Source: Tachypleus tridentatus
Taxonomy: Eukaryota
Assembly (NCBI RefSeq): GCF_004210375.1
Contig: NC_134837.1
Span: 252,617,964-252,681,963 of the forward strand
Direction of reading: 5' to 3'
Length of the DNA stretch: 64,000 bases
In this document: positions 37,838 to 50,058 of the stretch, piece after piece
How positions within the stretch are numbered: the stretch's first letter is position 1
Layout: the number at the start of each line of letters is the position of its first letter
Notes under the pieces: model-generated
What the model was told of the DNA's origin: nothing
The model's database searches: none
What the model saw: only the letters and a program-made list of their open reading frames with translations
Position numbers and translations under genes: made by a program

Positions 37838-40144
37838 AGTTCATACCACTTCACCAGCTATAAAATATTACATGTATAATAAGTAAACATGAAGAGATTT
37901 ATTACCATAAGTGAAAAGAAAATGGTAAAAGTTTGAATAATATATAATTTGGCTACTGTTTATAACCTTTACAAGATATTCTTGGCATGCTTATAATATA
38001 AAATTACAAAATACATAGGGTTAATTCAGCCAAGAAATTACTAAACTGCTAAGTTTGTCAATCTTCAGATATTAAGGTTATCATAAACATTATCATAGAG
38101 AAAAAAACATTAACAAATAGAACTATTTAGAATTCTAGCATAAAAATGCACCTTGGTCATTTTAACAAGCTTATCCACTCTCTAGTTACAACTAGTACCT
38201 ACAGAATTATCTCAACTTTGGTTTATATGATTTCCATCCAGTATATCACAGCTTTCAACACTCACTTAATCTTAAAGTTACTGTTTTTCATACCATTAAC
38301 TAGTAGCAGGATCCACTTACTGCATCACATGAAGTAATTTTATATCTTAGATTTTTACAATATACAATGTAAAAACCAAACTCACACTCACTTTTTATGT
38401 AAAATACCCAAGTGTCCCCAGTAGTAACTGGTGGGATTACTTTCAGTATTGATGGTATCTGTACTTATTTATTTATGTGTATTTAATTCTTTAAGGCAAC
38501 TCTTATATTATTAAGAGCCCCTGTAATCAATAAAATCATGAGCTCACAAGCAATTTGGTCCATGAACAGTTCAGAAAAATCCCAACATCATATCAACTCA
38601 TCCTCATTCAAAGCAAAACATATAAACAAAGATAAGTTATCTTTCATTCCCCACATACTTGTTCACCAAAAGTATAGAAGAGTTTTGAGCTGCACATGAG
38701 ACTTGCCATCACACAAACCATTCTATAGGTTTTAAAACTTTACCAAAAAGTAGACTTATGAACATGTCTACATACAGATTTCCAAAGTTTAACACAATTA
38801 CTTCTGTTATTCATGTTCATGTTTGTACACTAATTTTCTTTCTTGTCATTTAACAATTCTAACAAGTTGTAGAAACTCCTGGAAATGTTTTAAAACAAAA
38901 TCTAGCCTATTCTTTTTCACACAAATTTCACAAAATAACACCTCACAGAAACTTGTTTCAACACTGCATCTGTGCTGATAGCCTACCTGTAAAAAGGAGG
39001 AACACACTACAACAAGTTTGTTTTTATTTTTTCACACAACATCAGTACTACTTTCATTCAAGCTAGTTCTTTCAAATTACAATATTCAATGACATGAGCA
39101 AAAGGATAATAGAAGGCCAATCAACTAATCTGTTGAGTATTGTAAATTAACCACAAATCCCCTAACTGTACAAATAAAATATATAAATAATAAAACAGCT
39201 GACAACATCGTCTACACCAACAAGCACCACTTCTTATTACATGCTATAAAAGTATGCTATCCATGGATTCCTGTGCATGCTTAGTATATTTTTTCATTTT
39301 ACACACCCCTTCAAATACAAATTTGAAAGTTAATCTCATATAAATAGAACATCTGAAATCTTTCTTTCATTAAACATAGCCTGGAATTCAAAACTGTAAA
39401 TACTCAACTCTGTATACTTACCATCGTAAGCCTTAAAATAAATTCATCTCAGATATCCTATTTCTAGATTTTCTTTTGTACTTACTCAACAAAGATTTTT
39501 TTCCCTCCTAAGTTTAGTAGATATTGCAAATATCATGTATAATTTTATTCTAAATTATAATAATATTAATTACATAGCAGCAAGGGCAGTTGAGACGAGC
39601 CCGTTCACACTCAAATCTCAATTCCAATGCTATACTTAAGCTGTTAACTATCAACGACACAGTATTAAACTAATGTATCTGTGGTCAGAAGGTCTATCAC
39701 AGTATCAGGCTTAACTAAACAATTATTGATTGTATTGTTTTATGGCCTTTCCTCGTTTTGTACATACTATTATTATTTGTATAATTGTATGGTCTTACGT
39801 TTTGAAAACCAGCTTTGTACTATTGAATAAAAGGTTGTACTAATTAATTGAAGTAATACATAAACAACTATAAGAATGACTAACAAATAGATATTTCATA
39901 TATTATGTTTACATTATTAGGTAGTCCTACAGTTTACCAAAAAACTACTTCGGTTACCTGTTACACTTTTGTTGCACTTCCGAGTGCAATCGTTTATTAC
40001 CGGTTATTTCGTCTACACTGAGATAGCTAGATATCGAAAGTACCTCAATCTCAGAGCAAAAAGATAATTGGAATGTAATCGTGGGAGTTAAGAAATATAT
40101 TTATTTTCAATGCACTCACTATTTAAAAATCATTCTTACGAGGC

Positions 40145-40431
40145 TTTTTGTTTTTTTGGAATTTCGCACAAAGCTACTCGAGGGCTATCTGTGCTAGCCG
40201 TCCCTAATTTAGCAGTGTAAGACTAGAGGGAAGGCAGCTAGTCATCACCACCCACCGCCAACTCTTGGGCTACCCTTTATACCAACGAAAAGTGGGATTG
40301 ACCGTAACATTATAACGCCCCCACGGCTTGGAGGGCGAGCATGTTTTGGCGCGACTCGGGCGCGAACCCGCGACTCTCAGATTGCGAGTAGAGCGCATTA
40401 ACCACCTGGCCATGCCGGGCCTTAAATGTTA
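40145..40431 (-). mobile_element. SINE copy, full length and GC-rich, so probably young. Its tRNA-like head GGCCCGGCATGGCCAGGTGGTTAATGCGCTCTACTCGCAATCTGAGAGTCGCGGGTTCGCGCCCG is on the minus strand.
   Basis: Near-identical to the 45927-46194 copy. It has CpG-rich tRNA-like A-box and B-box sequences and a (CAAAA)n tail at 40145-40160. Confidence 0.8.
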
Positions 40432-41366
40432 ACAGGTCCCACCGAGGCATAAAATATTTATATATTTTAAGATATAATATCTACCATTTTATGTTATGTT
40501 AAAATACTTTATTACACAACTGAAAATGACTGTACCTGTGATTTGTTGGTGATAAATGTCAACAATAAACGAACAGCACACAATACACTTCTTTTAAAAT
40601 AAAATATTCAAAACAAGCCAAACCTATGTACAAGCATTCTTTTCACTATTAGTTATCAAAATAATGCTCAAAACCTTAAACAATTCTTTTTCTTATCAAA
40701 AGAGTACACAGATTAGTTCAATTATTTTATAAATAATTCAGTTGGCAAGATGAATTATTTGTCTTCACTCTGCTACATTTCTTACTGTACGATCTATGAT
40801 AGATTCACTTAACATAATGGGTTACCGCAGTTGAATCCAGAAATACAAATAATTATATTATTTTCATCAGAGTTCAAACATTCTGGTTTAATTAGTTTAA
40901 AATGCCCTTTGTTAAGACAAATTGTTCTCCTTTTCTCTATTAAACTGTGAATCACATTAAATATCGTCCACTACGTCTAAACTAATACTCATGCAGTCTA
41001 ACTGCACTTTTATAATCCTAAATTTTTCTGAATGGCGCTGATTCGGTCGCCTATATATATTTTTTTCCACATGATGCTAAGAACTTTCTACAAACTACAA
41101 GACATTGTGATGCAACAATACTCACTTAAGGAAACCATAAGAATTCAAAAGGTTTGAGTAATGTGACGTCCATTTAAAACAATTCAGTTACATACATAAC
41201 GCAAAAGTCTTATCGAGTTACGTAACCAAAGTTGTCATTACTGTCCCTTCAGAATAGTTAACTTTTAATACTCTTATTATGAAAACTACATAATCGTTGA
41301 ATATTAAATCATTAAATGAAGTAAATAATAACACTTAGACTAAAGAGTTGAAGTTTTTCCAATAAT

Positions 41367-41572
41367 TTGTTTGTTTGTTTCTGAATTTTGCGCAAAGCTA
41401 CACGAGGGCGATGTGCACTAGCTGTCCCTAATTTAGCAGTGTAAGGCTAGAGGGAAAGTAGCTAGTCATCGCCATCCACCGCCAACTCTTGGGCTACTCT
41501 TTTACCAACGAATAGTGGGATTGACTGTCACATTGTAACGCCCCACGGCTGAAAGGGCGAGCATGTTTGGAG
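41367..41572 (-). mobile_element. SINE copy lacking the tRNA-like head (5'-truncated)
   Basis: It matches the body and tail of the family, then ends abruptly after GCATGTTTGGAGTC. Confidence 0.7.
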
Positions 41573-41882
41573 TCATAAATAATATATAGGTCTATATATA
41601 TATAATACATAATTTAAAGCTATCGGACCCAGCAAAGTATGCCTACAGTCCAGTCATCAACATATAAAATATAGAGTCACTCAGGAGAGTGCAAAATATA
41701 TGTGTTTTGTCTATAATCTGTATTCAAATATCATGGACGGTATATGTTCAGATGCTCTGGATTTCAAGAATTAATTTCACAAATAAACAGTGGGTAGCAC
41801 CGTGGCAGGCTGGCAGCACCATGGTACTGTGAATGTGACGTTGACGTTGACAAACAGAAGTTGAGATAAACAGTCATTCACC

Positions 41883-44421
41883 ATGTCAAGCCTGAAAAAG
41901 CAAAAGACACTGCATTGGTTCTTTAAACTCATTCGTGATGCTGAACCTTATCAATTTGCTGCAGCCAATCAGGTTGAATCAGAATTGTTAACTGAATTGT
42001 CAATGTCATCACCATGGCCTTCTACCACTGCTGCCACTACCACCTCAGGTCCAGTCTGGGACATTGGTAATTACATTTATGATGATTTCAGCATTGGTAA
42101 ACAGGTAAGTCGACTCCTCATTATATTAATTATGTACTAAAAATCATGCAAACAGTCTGATGAGTTTTAGACTGAATATTCATTGCTGCTAGTGATTGTA
42201 AACCTACAGCCACAGGATGTTAGGCCTGCTCTGTGAAGCACAGCTCTAAGCCTTTCTCTTTGAAGTTATTGTACTCTCATAACAAACTTTCCCATGTATG
42301 AAATAACTTAATTAGAACTATGTCTTTCTGTCTCTTTTAGATAAACGCTGAAACCAAAAAATGCCTCCTTGAAAATGCCTTGAAGCCAGGGAGTGATTAT
42401 GTTTTACCCCAGAGTGGTCCAAGAAAGCTGCGTTTTCAGCATCGTTGGCTTTCACAGTGGAGATGGCTACTCTACAGTCAACATGCAAAGGGTGCTTTCT
42501 GCAAGTACTGCTGTCTTTTTGCTCCTGATGGTGCTGGTGTTAGAAGCCAGAAATTGGGACAACTAGTGAAATTTCCATACACAAACTGGAAGAAAAAGCT
42601 AACAATTTTCTACAGGTCGTAAATACAAGTTCATCTGTGCATTTGCAGCTTGATGCAACTTACAAGTAAGAAATTAAAAAGAACCGGCAATATTTAATGC
42701 TTATTATTGATACTGTATTGCTGTGTGGGAGACAGGGTTTAGCTTTGAGGGAAAATGATGATCCTGGTCCAATGTTTGTTGGTGAAACTGATGAGGAGCC
42801 TATCAATAATGATGGGAATTTTTGGGCAATTTTCCGCCTTAAGAGTACAAAGAGGAATGCCACGTATCTGAGTCCTCAAATTCAAAATGAAATCATCAAT
42901 GCCTGTAATACTCATGTACTTGATGCTTTGGTCAACAGGATTAATGCTGCAAAGTGTTTCTCAATATTAGCTGATGAAACAACAGATATTTCAGGCATTG
43001 AACAGTTTTCGCTGTGTTAAATATTTGCATGCTAATGACAACTCTACTGTAATGAGAGAATATTTTTTGCAATTTATACCTGTTTATGATGTGACAGGCA
43101 GAAACTTGGCTGATGTTATTATAACCAATCTGACAAAATATGGTATTGACATCTTACCTGGGAGGACAAGGGTACGACAGTGCTGTCTCTATGAGTGGGA
43201 AATTCAATGGTGTCCAGAGACACATAACTGATAAATTTCCACTTGCACCCTCTGTACACTGCAGTGCTTATTCCCTAAACTTGACAATTTCTGATGCTTG
43301 TAAAGAAGTTCCTGTGCGAAATTGCATGGGAGTAATTTCTAGCATTGAAAACTTTCTCAATACACCCAAACAAAAGCACATTTTGGCTCTTTCGGTGGAG
43401 AATAAAGCACCTGAATCGAAAAAAAAGTTTGAAAAGTCTCTGCCCCACCCGGTGGGTTGAGAGGCATGACTCAGTCATTGTCTTTCTAGAATTAATCCAT
43501 GCAGTTGCAGATGCCCTTTAGACCATATCAGTTTGGCAAGACAGAGATTTTGTCACGCAAGCCAATCAATTGTTGTGTTCTATAACACAGCCAGAATTCA
43601 TCATTACTCTACTTACCAATGCTAAATTGTGTTCCTTTAGTTTACCTCTGTGAAACTTACTGCAGCAACAGAACATTAATTTAGGTGCTGCGATGCATCA
43701 CGCAGAAATAGTGGAAGATTTAATCCGTTCACTCAGGAATAATACTGTGAATGAATTTAACAACATTTTCTGTGAGGCTCAAACTCTGTGTAGTGAGCTT
43801 CAAATTGACATCATAATGCCAAGGCAGGCTAAAAGACAGATGTATCGTGCTAACCCACAAACCACTAGCCCTGAGGAGTACTTTCGTATTGTTGTATTTG
43901 TACCATTTGTTGATCACTTTCTTTCACAAATATGTGACCGTCTGTCCAGTCACAAAACTCTCATTACAAACCTCATGTGTCTACTACCATCAGGATCTAC
44001 CACAGAATGGTCAGAACCTACAACACAACAATGTGACCAAATTAAAGAGTTGGTCAATATATGCAAGGCTGACATTGACAGCACTTCACTAGCTGCGGTA
44101 GGTGAACTTAGGGTTTGATACAAATCACTTGCGAACAACAGACCAAAAAATGTCATAGATGCATATGCAATGTGCATTGCAGAAATGTTCCCAGTCATTT
44201 CTAGACTCTTGAAAGTATTTGCCAGGCTGCCTGTGTCAACGAGATCAGTGGAGCGTTCGTTTTCAACTCTCAGAAGACTGAAAACATATTTGAGAAATAC
44301 CACCACTGAAGATCGATTGAATGGCCTGGTCTCATTATACATTCACCGTGATATTAAAGTTGAACCAAACTGTGTTGTAGATGTCCTGGCAAGAACAAAC
44401 AGGCGTTTGAGCCTTTCATAG
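41883..44421 (+). mobile_element. hAT-superfamily transposase relic of the ZMYM1/ZBED (Charlie)-like type. It has a zf-TTF region (WLSQWRWLLYSQHAKGAFCKYCCLF), a DUF4371 region (LSPQIQNEIINACNTHVLDALVNRINAAKCFSILADETTDISGIEQ), an RNase-H-like core (GQGYDSAVSMSGKFNGVQ...SVHCSAYSLNL) and a hAT dimerisation domain (VSTRSVERSFSTLRRLKTYLRNTTTEDRLNGLVSLYIHRD). It is broken into at least 6 frames.
   Basis: The ORFs at 41883-42108, 42342-42622, 42697-43020, 42974-43231, 43140-43460, 43693-44118 and 44170-44421 lie in different frames but together give a colinear hAT transposase. One canonical intron (GTAAGT...TTTTAG, 42109-42341) sits near the 5' end. The frameshifts indicate a pseudogene. Confidence 0.8.
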
Positions 44422-45864
44422 ATATTCGATTGTATTTCTCTGGTTCTGACAAAACTTGCTGTATTAAAAGAGTGTTCAATCAGAAATTTGCATTTGACCA
44501 TTTGTTGTGTGTGAAATTATCTGCTATGCAATCACGGATCTTTATGAAACTTCACAGGTGGCAACTAAACTTGTCTAAAAAGTTTGGGTCCATGGGGGTT
44601 AACCCTCAACCCCCCTGGCTACACCCCTGGTGATCTTCGTACTGAAAGACGGGAAATTTGTGTACTCGCATCGAGTTTCAAAGATTCATTCTTCGATGAT
44701 TAATTAGTAAAACAGCAAAATGTACCTTTAACTTCTTTAGTTATGACTGTATGTTAAGTATTATAATTTATCTCAGACGGGTCTCTGATTTATTATGTTA
44801 CAGTCATTATAATTGGAAGTTGGACTGAGAAGTTAATTGAAAGCTGATATGCGTCATATTTTGGATATTTGCCAATAAGAATAATACACACATTTTACTT
44901 TCTTAACACAAATATATTTTAATATACAAACAAGAATATAATTTATAATAACAATTATTACAAAAAATTATTTACATTCAAATGTTTTACCAACTTGAAA
45001 AGAATACTGAGTCTTCTATCTGGTCTGGAACTGAATACTTTATCTACTGTTCACGAGGCGCAAATTAGTTTTATGTCCAAAGTTAACGTCCGAAGTTAAT
45101 TCTCTGAAGTTCGAAATAATGTTCGAAATCTATAAATGTTCCTGGTCAAATATCTCTAGTTTTTCGATTAATAAGCGTTAATCACAATTACAGCTTCCAA
45201 AGCTTATAGTATGTTGACTGTAGCTGACAAACAATATCATATTTGCCTCCCAACGTTTTGCGATAGCTTCCTTTTATACTCATTAGGCGAGATTCTCGAA
45301 AATTAATTGGCAACAATATTCGAAAATAAGCTAGTGCTTTCGTATATATATATTGTTGATTCTCATACTCGAGAATCTTCTACAAATCTATAGAACATGC
45401 GGGACTTGTGCGACACACATTTAATAGTATAAGTTACACACATTTCTAAATAGTTATATATTAAAGTGAAACAAACATAGATATTAAAATAATATTAAAT
45501 CATTTACTGATAGTTTACTGAATCTTGTTAATAATTAAATATACGATTGAATTCGATAATGAATAATTATAAACTATCCTAATAAATTAATAGATGCAGA
45601 ACTTTGCTTAAGTTTATACAAGTTTACTTTTAGATAAGTAGTGTATTTTTCAGACTCTCCTTAAATATAAATGTATAAGTAATTTATACTCTATACATTT
45701 TATACAATTAACCATAATTAGTTGTATTTCAGTTTGTTAGCAAACGATTTTAAAAAATTCAATTTCAATTGTGTTTTACTTTAAGTTTGTTTATGCACAT
45801 ATCATTTTTATAATAAATTATACTAAATTTTATTTTAACAATAAATAAAAGAAACTGTTAGTGA

Positions 45865-46215
45865 TACTACTTTTGGTTATTAGTATAATGACAACACTAC
45901 TAATATTTGTATTATAGTTTGAAGACTTGTTTGGAAATTTCGCACAAAGCTACTCGAGGGCTATCTGTGCTAGCCGTCCCTAATTTAGCAGTGTAAGACT
46001 AGAGGGAAGGCAGCTAGTCATCACCACCCACCGCCAACTCTTGGGCTACTCTTTACCAACAAATAGTGGGATTGACCGTCACATTATACACCCCCCACGG
46101 CTGGGAGGGCGAGCATGTTTAGCGCGACGCGGGCGCGAACCCGCGACCCTCGGATTACGAGTCGCACGCCTTACGCGCTAGGCCATGCCGGGCCAGTTTG
46201 AAGACAAGGAACAGG
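45865..46215 (+). repeat. Solitary 78-bp satellite monomer (GATACTACTTTTGGTTATTAGTATAATGACAACACTACTAATATTTGTATTATAGTTTGAAGAC...AAGGAACA) interrupted by the SINE
   Basis: Identical to the consensus of the array at 51.1-64 kb. It lies about 5 kb proximal to the array. Confidence 0.85.
45927..46194 (-). mobile_element. SINE copy inserted into a solitary 78-bp satellite monomer. It has a perfect 11-bp TSD AGTTTGAAGAC.
   Basis: AGTTTGAAGAC occurs at 45916-45926 and again at 46195-46205. The flanks (45865-45926 and 46195-46215) are the same monomer that forms the 51.1-64 kb array. Confidence 0.85.
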
Positions 46216-46679
46216 GATGGAGGGTATACACCCCCCATTTATTTTAGGTGGGGGTGTGGTGCATACAATCATCTCCCCCCTACAGTTTGGTCTGTTGAAT
46301 TGTTTTATTGCATCACAGTCCTACAAATTGTGTGTTTGTTCTTGTGATTCTCGTGTTCTTACCAATCGAATTACATAATTAGGCCTAGATGTAGGCTTTT
46401 TCAGCAGACGAAATGTACATCTTTAATATAGGCGTGCTTCTAAGCTTTTCGATGTAAGCGATAGTTCGTAAGTATCAGTCAGTAGGCCTAAGTATACATG
46501 CAAGGCTTGCAAGTACTATCACAGAATCTACATACGTCTTGTACGTAGTGTAAGATTAAGTAAAATTTTCATCACAACTGATTGAACATAGCATGAAATA
46601 CGAAAATATTACTCCCAAGCGTAAACTCCTGTGATCTAGATCTGGCAGGCCATTTGTAGCTTGTAGCTGCATCAATCTT

Positions 46680-46930
46680 AAGTGTATATTGCGCGGTTTT
46701 CCTACGCCATTTGTTCTTATGCATGTCTAGCCGGTTTTATTGTCGAACGCCTTACTCTCCTTAGCTGCCGAATTCGCTGACCATAGTGTACGTTTAGCGT
46801 ACAGTTAACGACAGGTCGGGTCGCTCGGATCCAGACGCGCCCTACATCACCCCCGTCCGCTCCCTTTGGTCTTAGCCTGGATTTTATGACAGGGCTCATT
46901 AGACCTGTGTTTGTGGCCCTCATAAAATTT
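46680..46930. other. Isolated CpG-rich, GC-rich island within otherwise AT-rich DNA
   Basis: GTCGGGTCGCTCGGATCCAGACGCGCCCTACATCACCCCCGTCCGCTCCC... It lies 400-700 bp upstream of the LINE RT fragment. It may be a retroelement 5' UTR or promoter remnant. No coding signal was found. Confidence 0.35.
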
Positions 46931-47279
46931 CAGATTATCACCGCCCTCTAATAAAGTGCTGGTGCTTTATGGTAGAATAATAAAATATATTCTTTTATCA
47001 TAGATAGTAAAAATATTATATTTTCTTGTATAATTAGAACATGAAAGGAGCGATTTCAACGGTCTGAAGCCTCTACTCGAATTGTATTATTGGTTTTTGT
47101 TTAGGTGTTTTTATTTAATAGACGTGCTTATAGACATTATATCACAACGTGTTTGCCTTTTGATGAGCTTTAACACAAATATAATATATTTGTGATTGTT
47201 TAAGTATTTTTCGAGAAACTCGCAATTACTTGTGTTGTAATTAGCACACATTATTGTCCCAGCGATGCTCAGGCGGTCA

Positions 47280-49450
47280 GGCGGCTCGGTAGTCACTGTG
47301 AGGTTCGCACGTTCGACTTAAATACATTGTACAGTTCAGTCCTACTTCCATCAATCCTAATTCTATTGATGAGTATCTATTAATCATCACCAACACGATA
47401 ATTAATGCAATGAACACAATAATTTCTAAGCGCCGTATCAACAATGACCCATCTTCATGGAAACTTACTAGAACAGTGCATTTACTTATCACTAAAAGAC
47501 GAAGACTCCGACGCCAATTCATGATCTCCCGCGACCCCGCGATTAAACATCAAATCAACCGAGTAACTAATCTTATCAGACGTCGAATTAATGAACAAAA
47601 AGATCAAAATTAGTCCGAGTTATGTGCGTCAATAGACAATTCATATACAGATTCGGCTACATTCTGGAGAAAGTTCAAGAACATATGTAATGACAACTCA
47701 ACCAACAGCATTCCTAATTTAAAACTTGATAGCAGCTCAGCAACTAGCGACCTGAAAAAGCCAACTTATTAGACGATTACTACAAACAGATTTTCACTAC
47801 TCCGAACTCGCCACACTTTGATAACAATCATTTTTGCACAATTCAAAATTTCGTCAAAGATAACAATCAAATAACACTATTTAGTAGGAATTTCCCATGC
47901 TATTTATCACACAATAGCAATGTCCGCCTTAACGACCTTCAAAAACTCACCAGATCAATAACCCGGATTGAAATCAAACTAGTAACCAAAACACTTAAAA
48001 ATAGTGCCCCAGGTGAGGATAGAATACGTAATATCATTCTTAACAAAGCCTCTACCTCGTTTATAGTCATCTAGTCAGCCTTATTTAACCTTTCTTTTTA
48101 TTCAGGGTACTACCCGCCTCAATGCAAGTCCGCCATAAATAAAGTTATACCTAAAACAAATCCTGCATCTAATAATCCAAAAGACTATAGGCCCATCAGC
48201 TTAATTAATAGCATTGGTAAATTATTGGAAAAAATCTTAGCCACTCGCATTACACGGTATTTGGAAAGCATTATGTTACTTTCTGAAATACAAAATGCCT
48301 CCCGAAGAAAAAGACGGACTGCCGATCATTTAGTTCGATTAACCGAATCCGTTATTCAAGGTTTTAATAGAAATCACACCACTGTGGGCTTATTTTTGGA
48401 TGTCAAACAAGTCTTTGATTCTGTCTGGCACCAGGGTCTAAGGTTTAACTTCCTTCAGTTTAACCTCCCGTCCACCCTAACAAGATGGATAGCTAGCTTT
48501 CTAGATAACAGGACAGCTAAAGTAAGAATAAACAACACTACATCCTACACTGTTCAGGCGTTCCCCAAGGTTCAGTACTAAGCCTTCTGTTGTATGTATT
48601 ATATGTTAATGACATCCCCTTTCCTAAGTTCAAGTACACCTATGCGTCGCAATATGCTGACGACATAGCAGTATGGAGCATGCCACGTGAACCCCTTTTG
48701 GCCGCCGCTAAAGTCCAATCCACACTAGATAGCATTACCACCATGTGTAACACCTGGCGGGTCGCGCTTAATGCCACTAAAACGCAGGCTATAATATTCA
48801 AACGCAAAATCTCGAGGAAAAACAAATCTATCTCTGAACTTAATATAATGGACAATGAACTTAAATTTTCTTCAACTATAAAATTCCATGGCATTATGTT
48901 CAACAAGTAGCTAACTTGGACCGATCACTTTAAAGCCATTCTCTCAAAAGTATATAAACGAATCTCCTACCTCAGAAGAATCAGTAGTATCGTCAGAGGA
49001 TGTAGAACAAAAACGATTCTCATAATATACAGAATTTACATTCGACCGATCATTGAATACGGCAACATGATCACTGCAAAAGCACCACTCTTACATCTTA
49101 AAAAATTACAACAGGCCCAGAATCTTGCCATTCGACTAGCACATCGAATCCCCAGGTACACACCGTGATAACGCAAGCACCTTCCCAACACTCAAGAAAA
49201 GACTTACCTATCTAGCAGCTAAATACTATAAAAAAGCAAACAACCGTACACCATCAACAAGACAATTTCCACAACTAGCAGCCACCCCACGATCTTGGCA
49301 GCGATACCTCTCACCACATAATTACATACAAGCCCTGAATGTAAACTCAAATGACTAACCATATATGCCTTTTTACTTCCAGCATTGGGTGCCCCACCAG
49401 TGAAAGTGTGTTTTCTCGGGGTACTCCCGTTTCTCCCCACATCAAAATTC
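47280..49450 (+). mobile_element. Degenerate non-LTR retrotransposon (Jockey/CR1-like clade) reverse-transcriptase fragment
   Basis: RT motifs appear in several frames: LKNSAPGEDRIRN, YPPQCKSAINKVIPK...KDYRPISLINSIGKLLEKI, RRKRRTADHL, LFLDVKQVFDSVWH, YADDIAVW, and a C-terminal region TKTILIIYRIYIRPIIEYG. Stops and frameshifts are present, and no endonuclease or ORF1 lies upstream, so it is 5'-truncated. Confidence 0.8.
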
Positions 49451-50058
49451 TTTTCTCTTAGGATTTATAGATCCCAGCCCTGAAAATAGGCCAGTTAGAA
49501 CGCATCTTAATCATCACCAAATTCTAGTACCAAAATTTCAGGTTAATTTAGAACATGAGTTCTAACCAAGCTGACGTACTGTTTGCATCTCTCTGCTCGT
49601 CTCAACTCATCTTTCTTCGACTACATTTACGTTTAAGAAACCTTTAAGTGGATGAATGAGTTGCTGAATCTCTCGCCGTAGTCTTCGTTCTCTCTCTCCG
49701 ACTCGGGGGCCTCCTCCGCAGCTTTTTCCGAAGCTCCTTAAGCAGTCACACAAGTATGTTAATTTCAGGGTCATCTGTGATCACCATTCCAGATTAACAA
49801 ATATCTTGCCACTCAAGTTCACTTCACCAATCACGTACTCCGTTTAATTTTATCTAGTCGCGTGTGGGGTGAAGAGAAACAGTAGTTTTTGACCACCCCT
49901 GGTTATTTTTCGTTCCCTTTGATGAACGGAATTATAAATTAACCTAAATACCTATCCAGTATCCACTCCTACTTCCATTCTGTTCTATCTTCGTTCGTTG
50001 TACGTTAGAGTTTTTCAATAAAGACTGTATTTTAGTCTGTGGAATCATCTGGGAAACA

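Noticed and set aside
42660-44342. Antisense ORFs within the hAT relic (42660-42863, 43275-43478, 43729-43917, 43950-44342, all minus)
   Set aside because: They overlap, in antisense, the clearly recognisable plus-strand transposase segments and have no domain content. I take them to be chance ORFs.
45040-45420. Odd patch rich in TTCGAAA, CGAGA and TCTCG motifs with short local palindromes
   Set aside because: I could not establish periodicity, coding potential or matching copies elsewhere in the window. I noted it only as moderately CpG-containing intergenic sequence.
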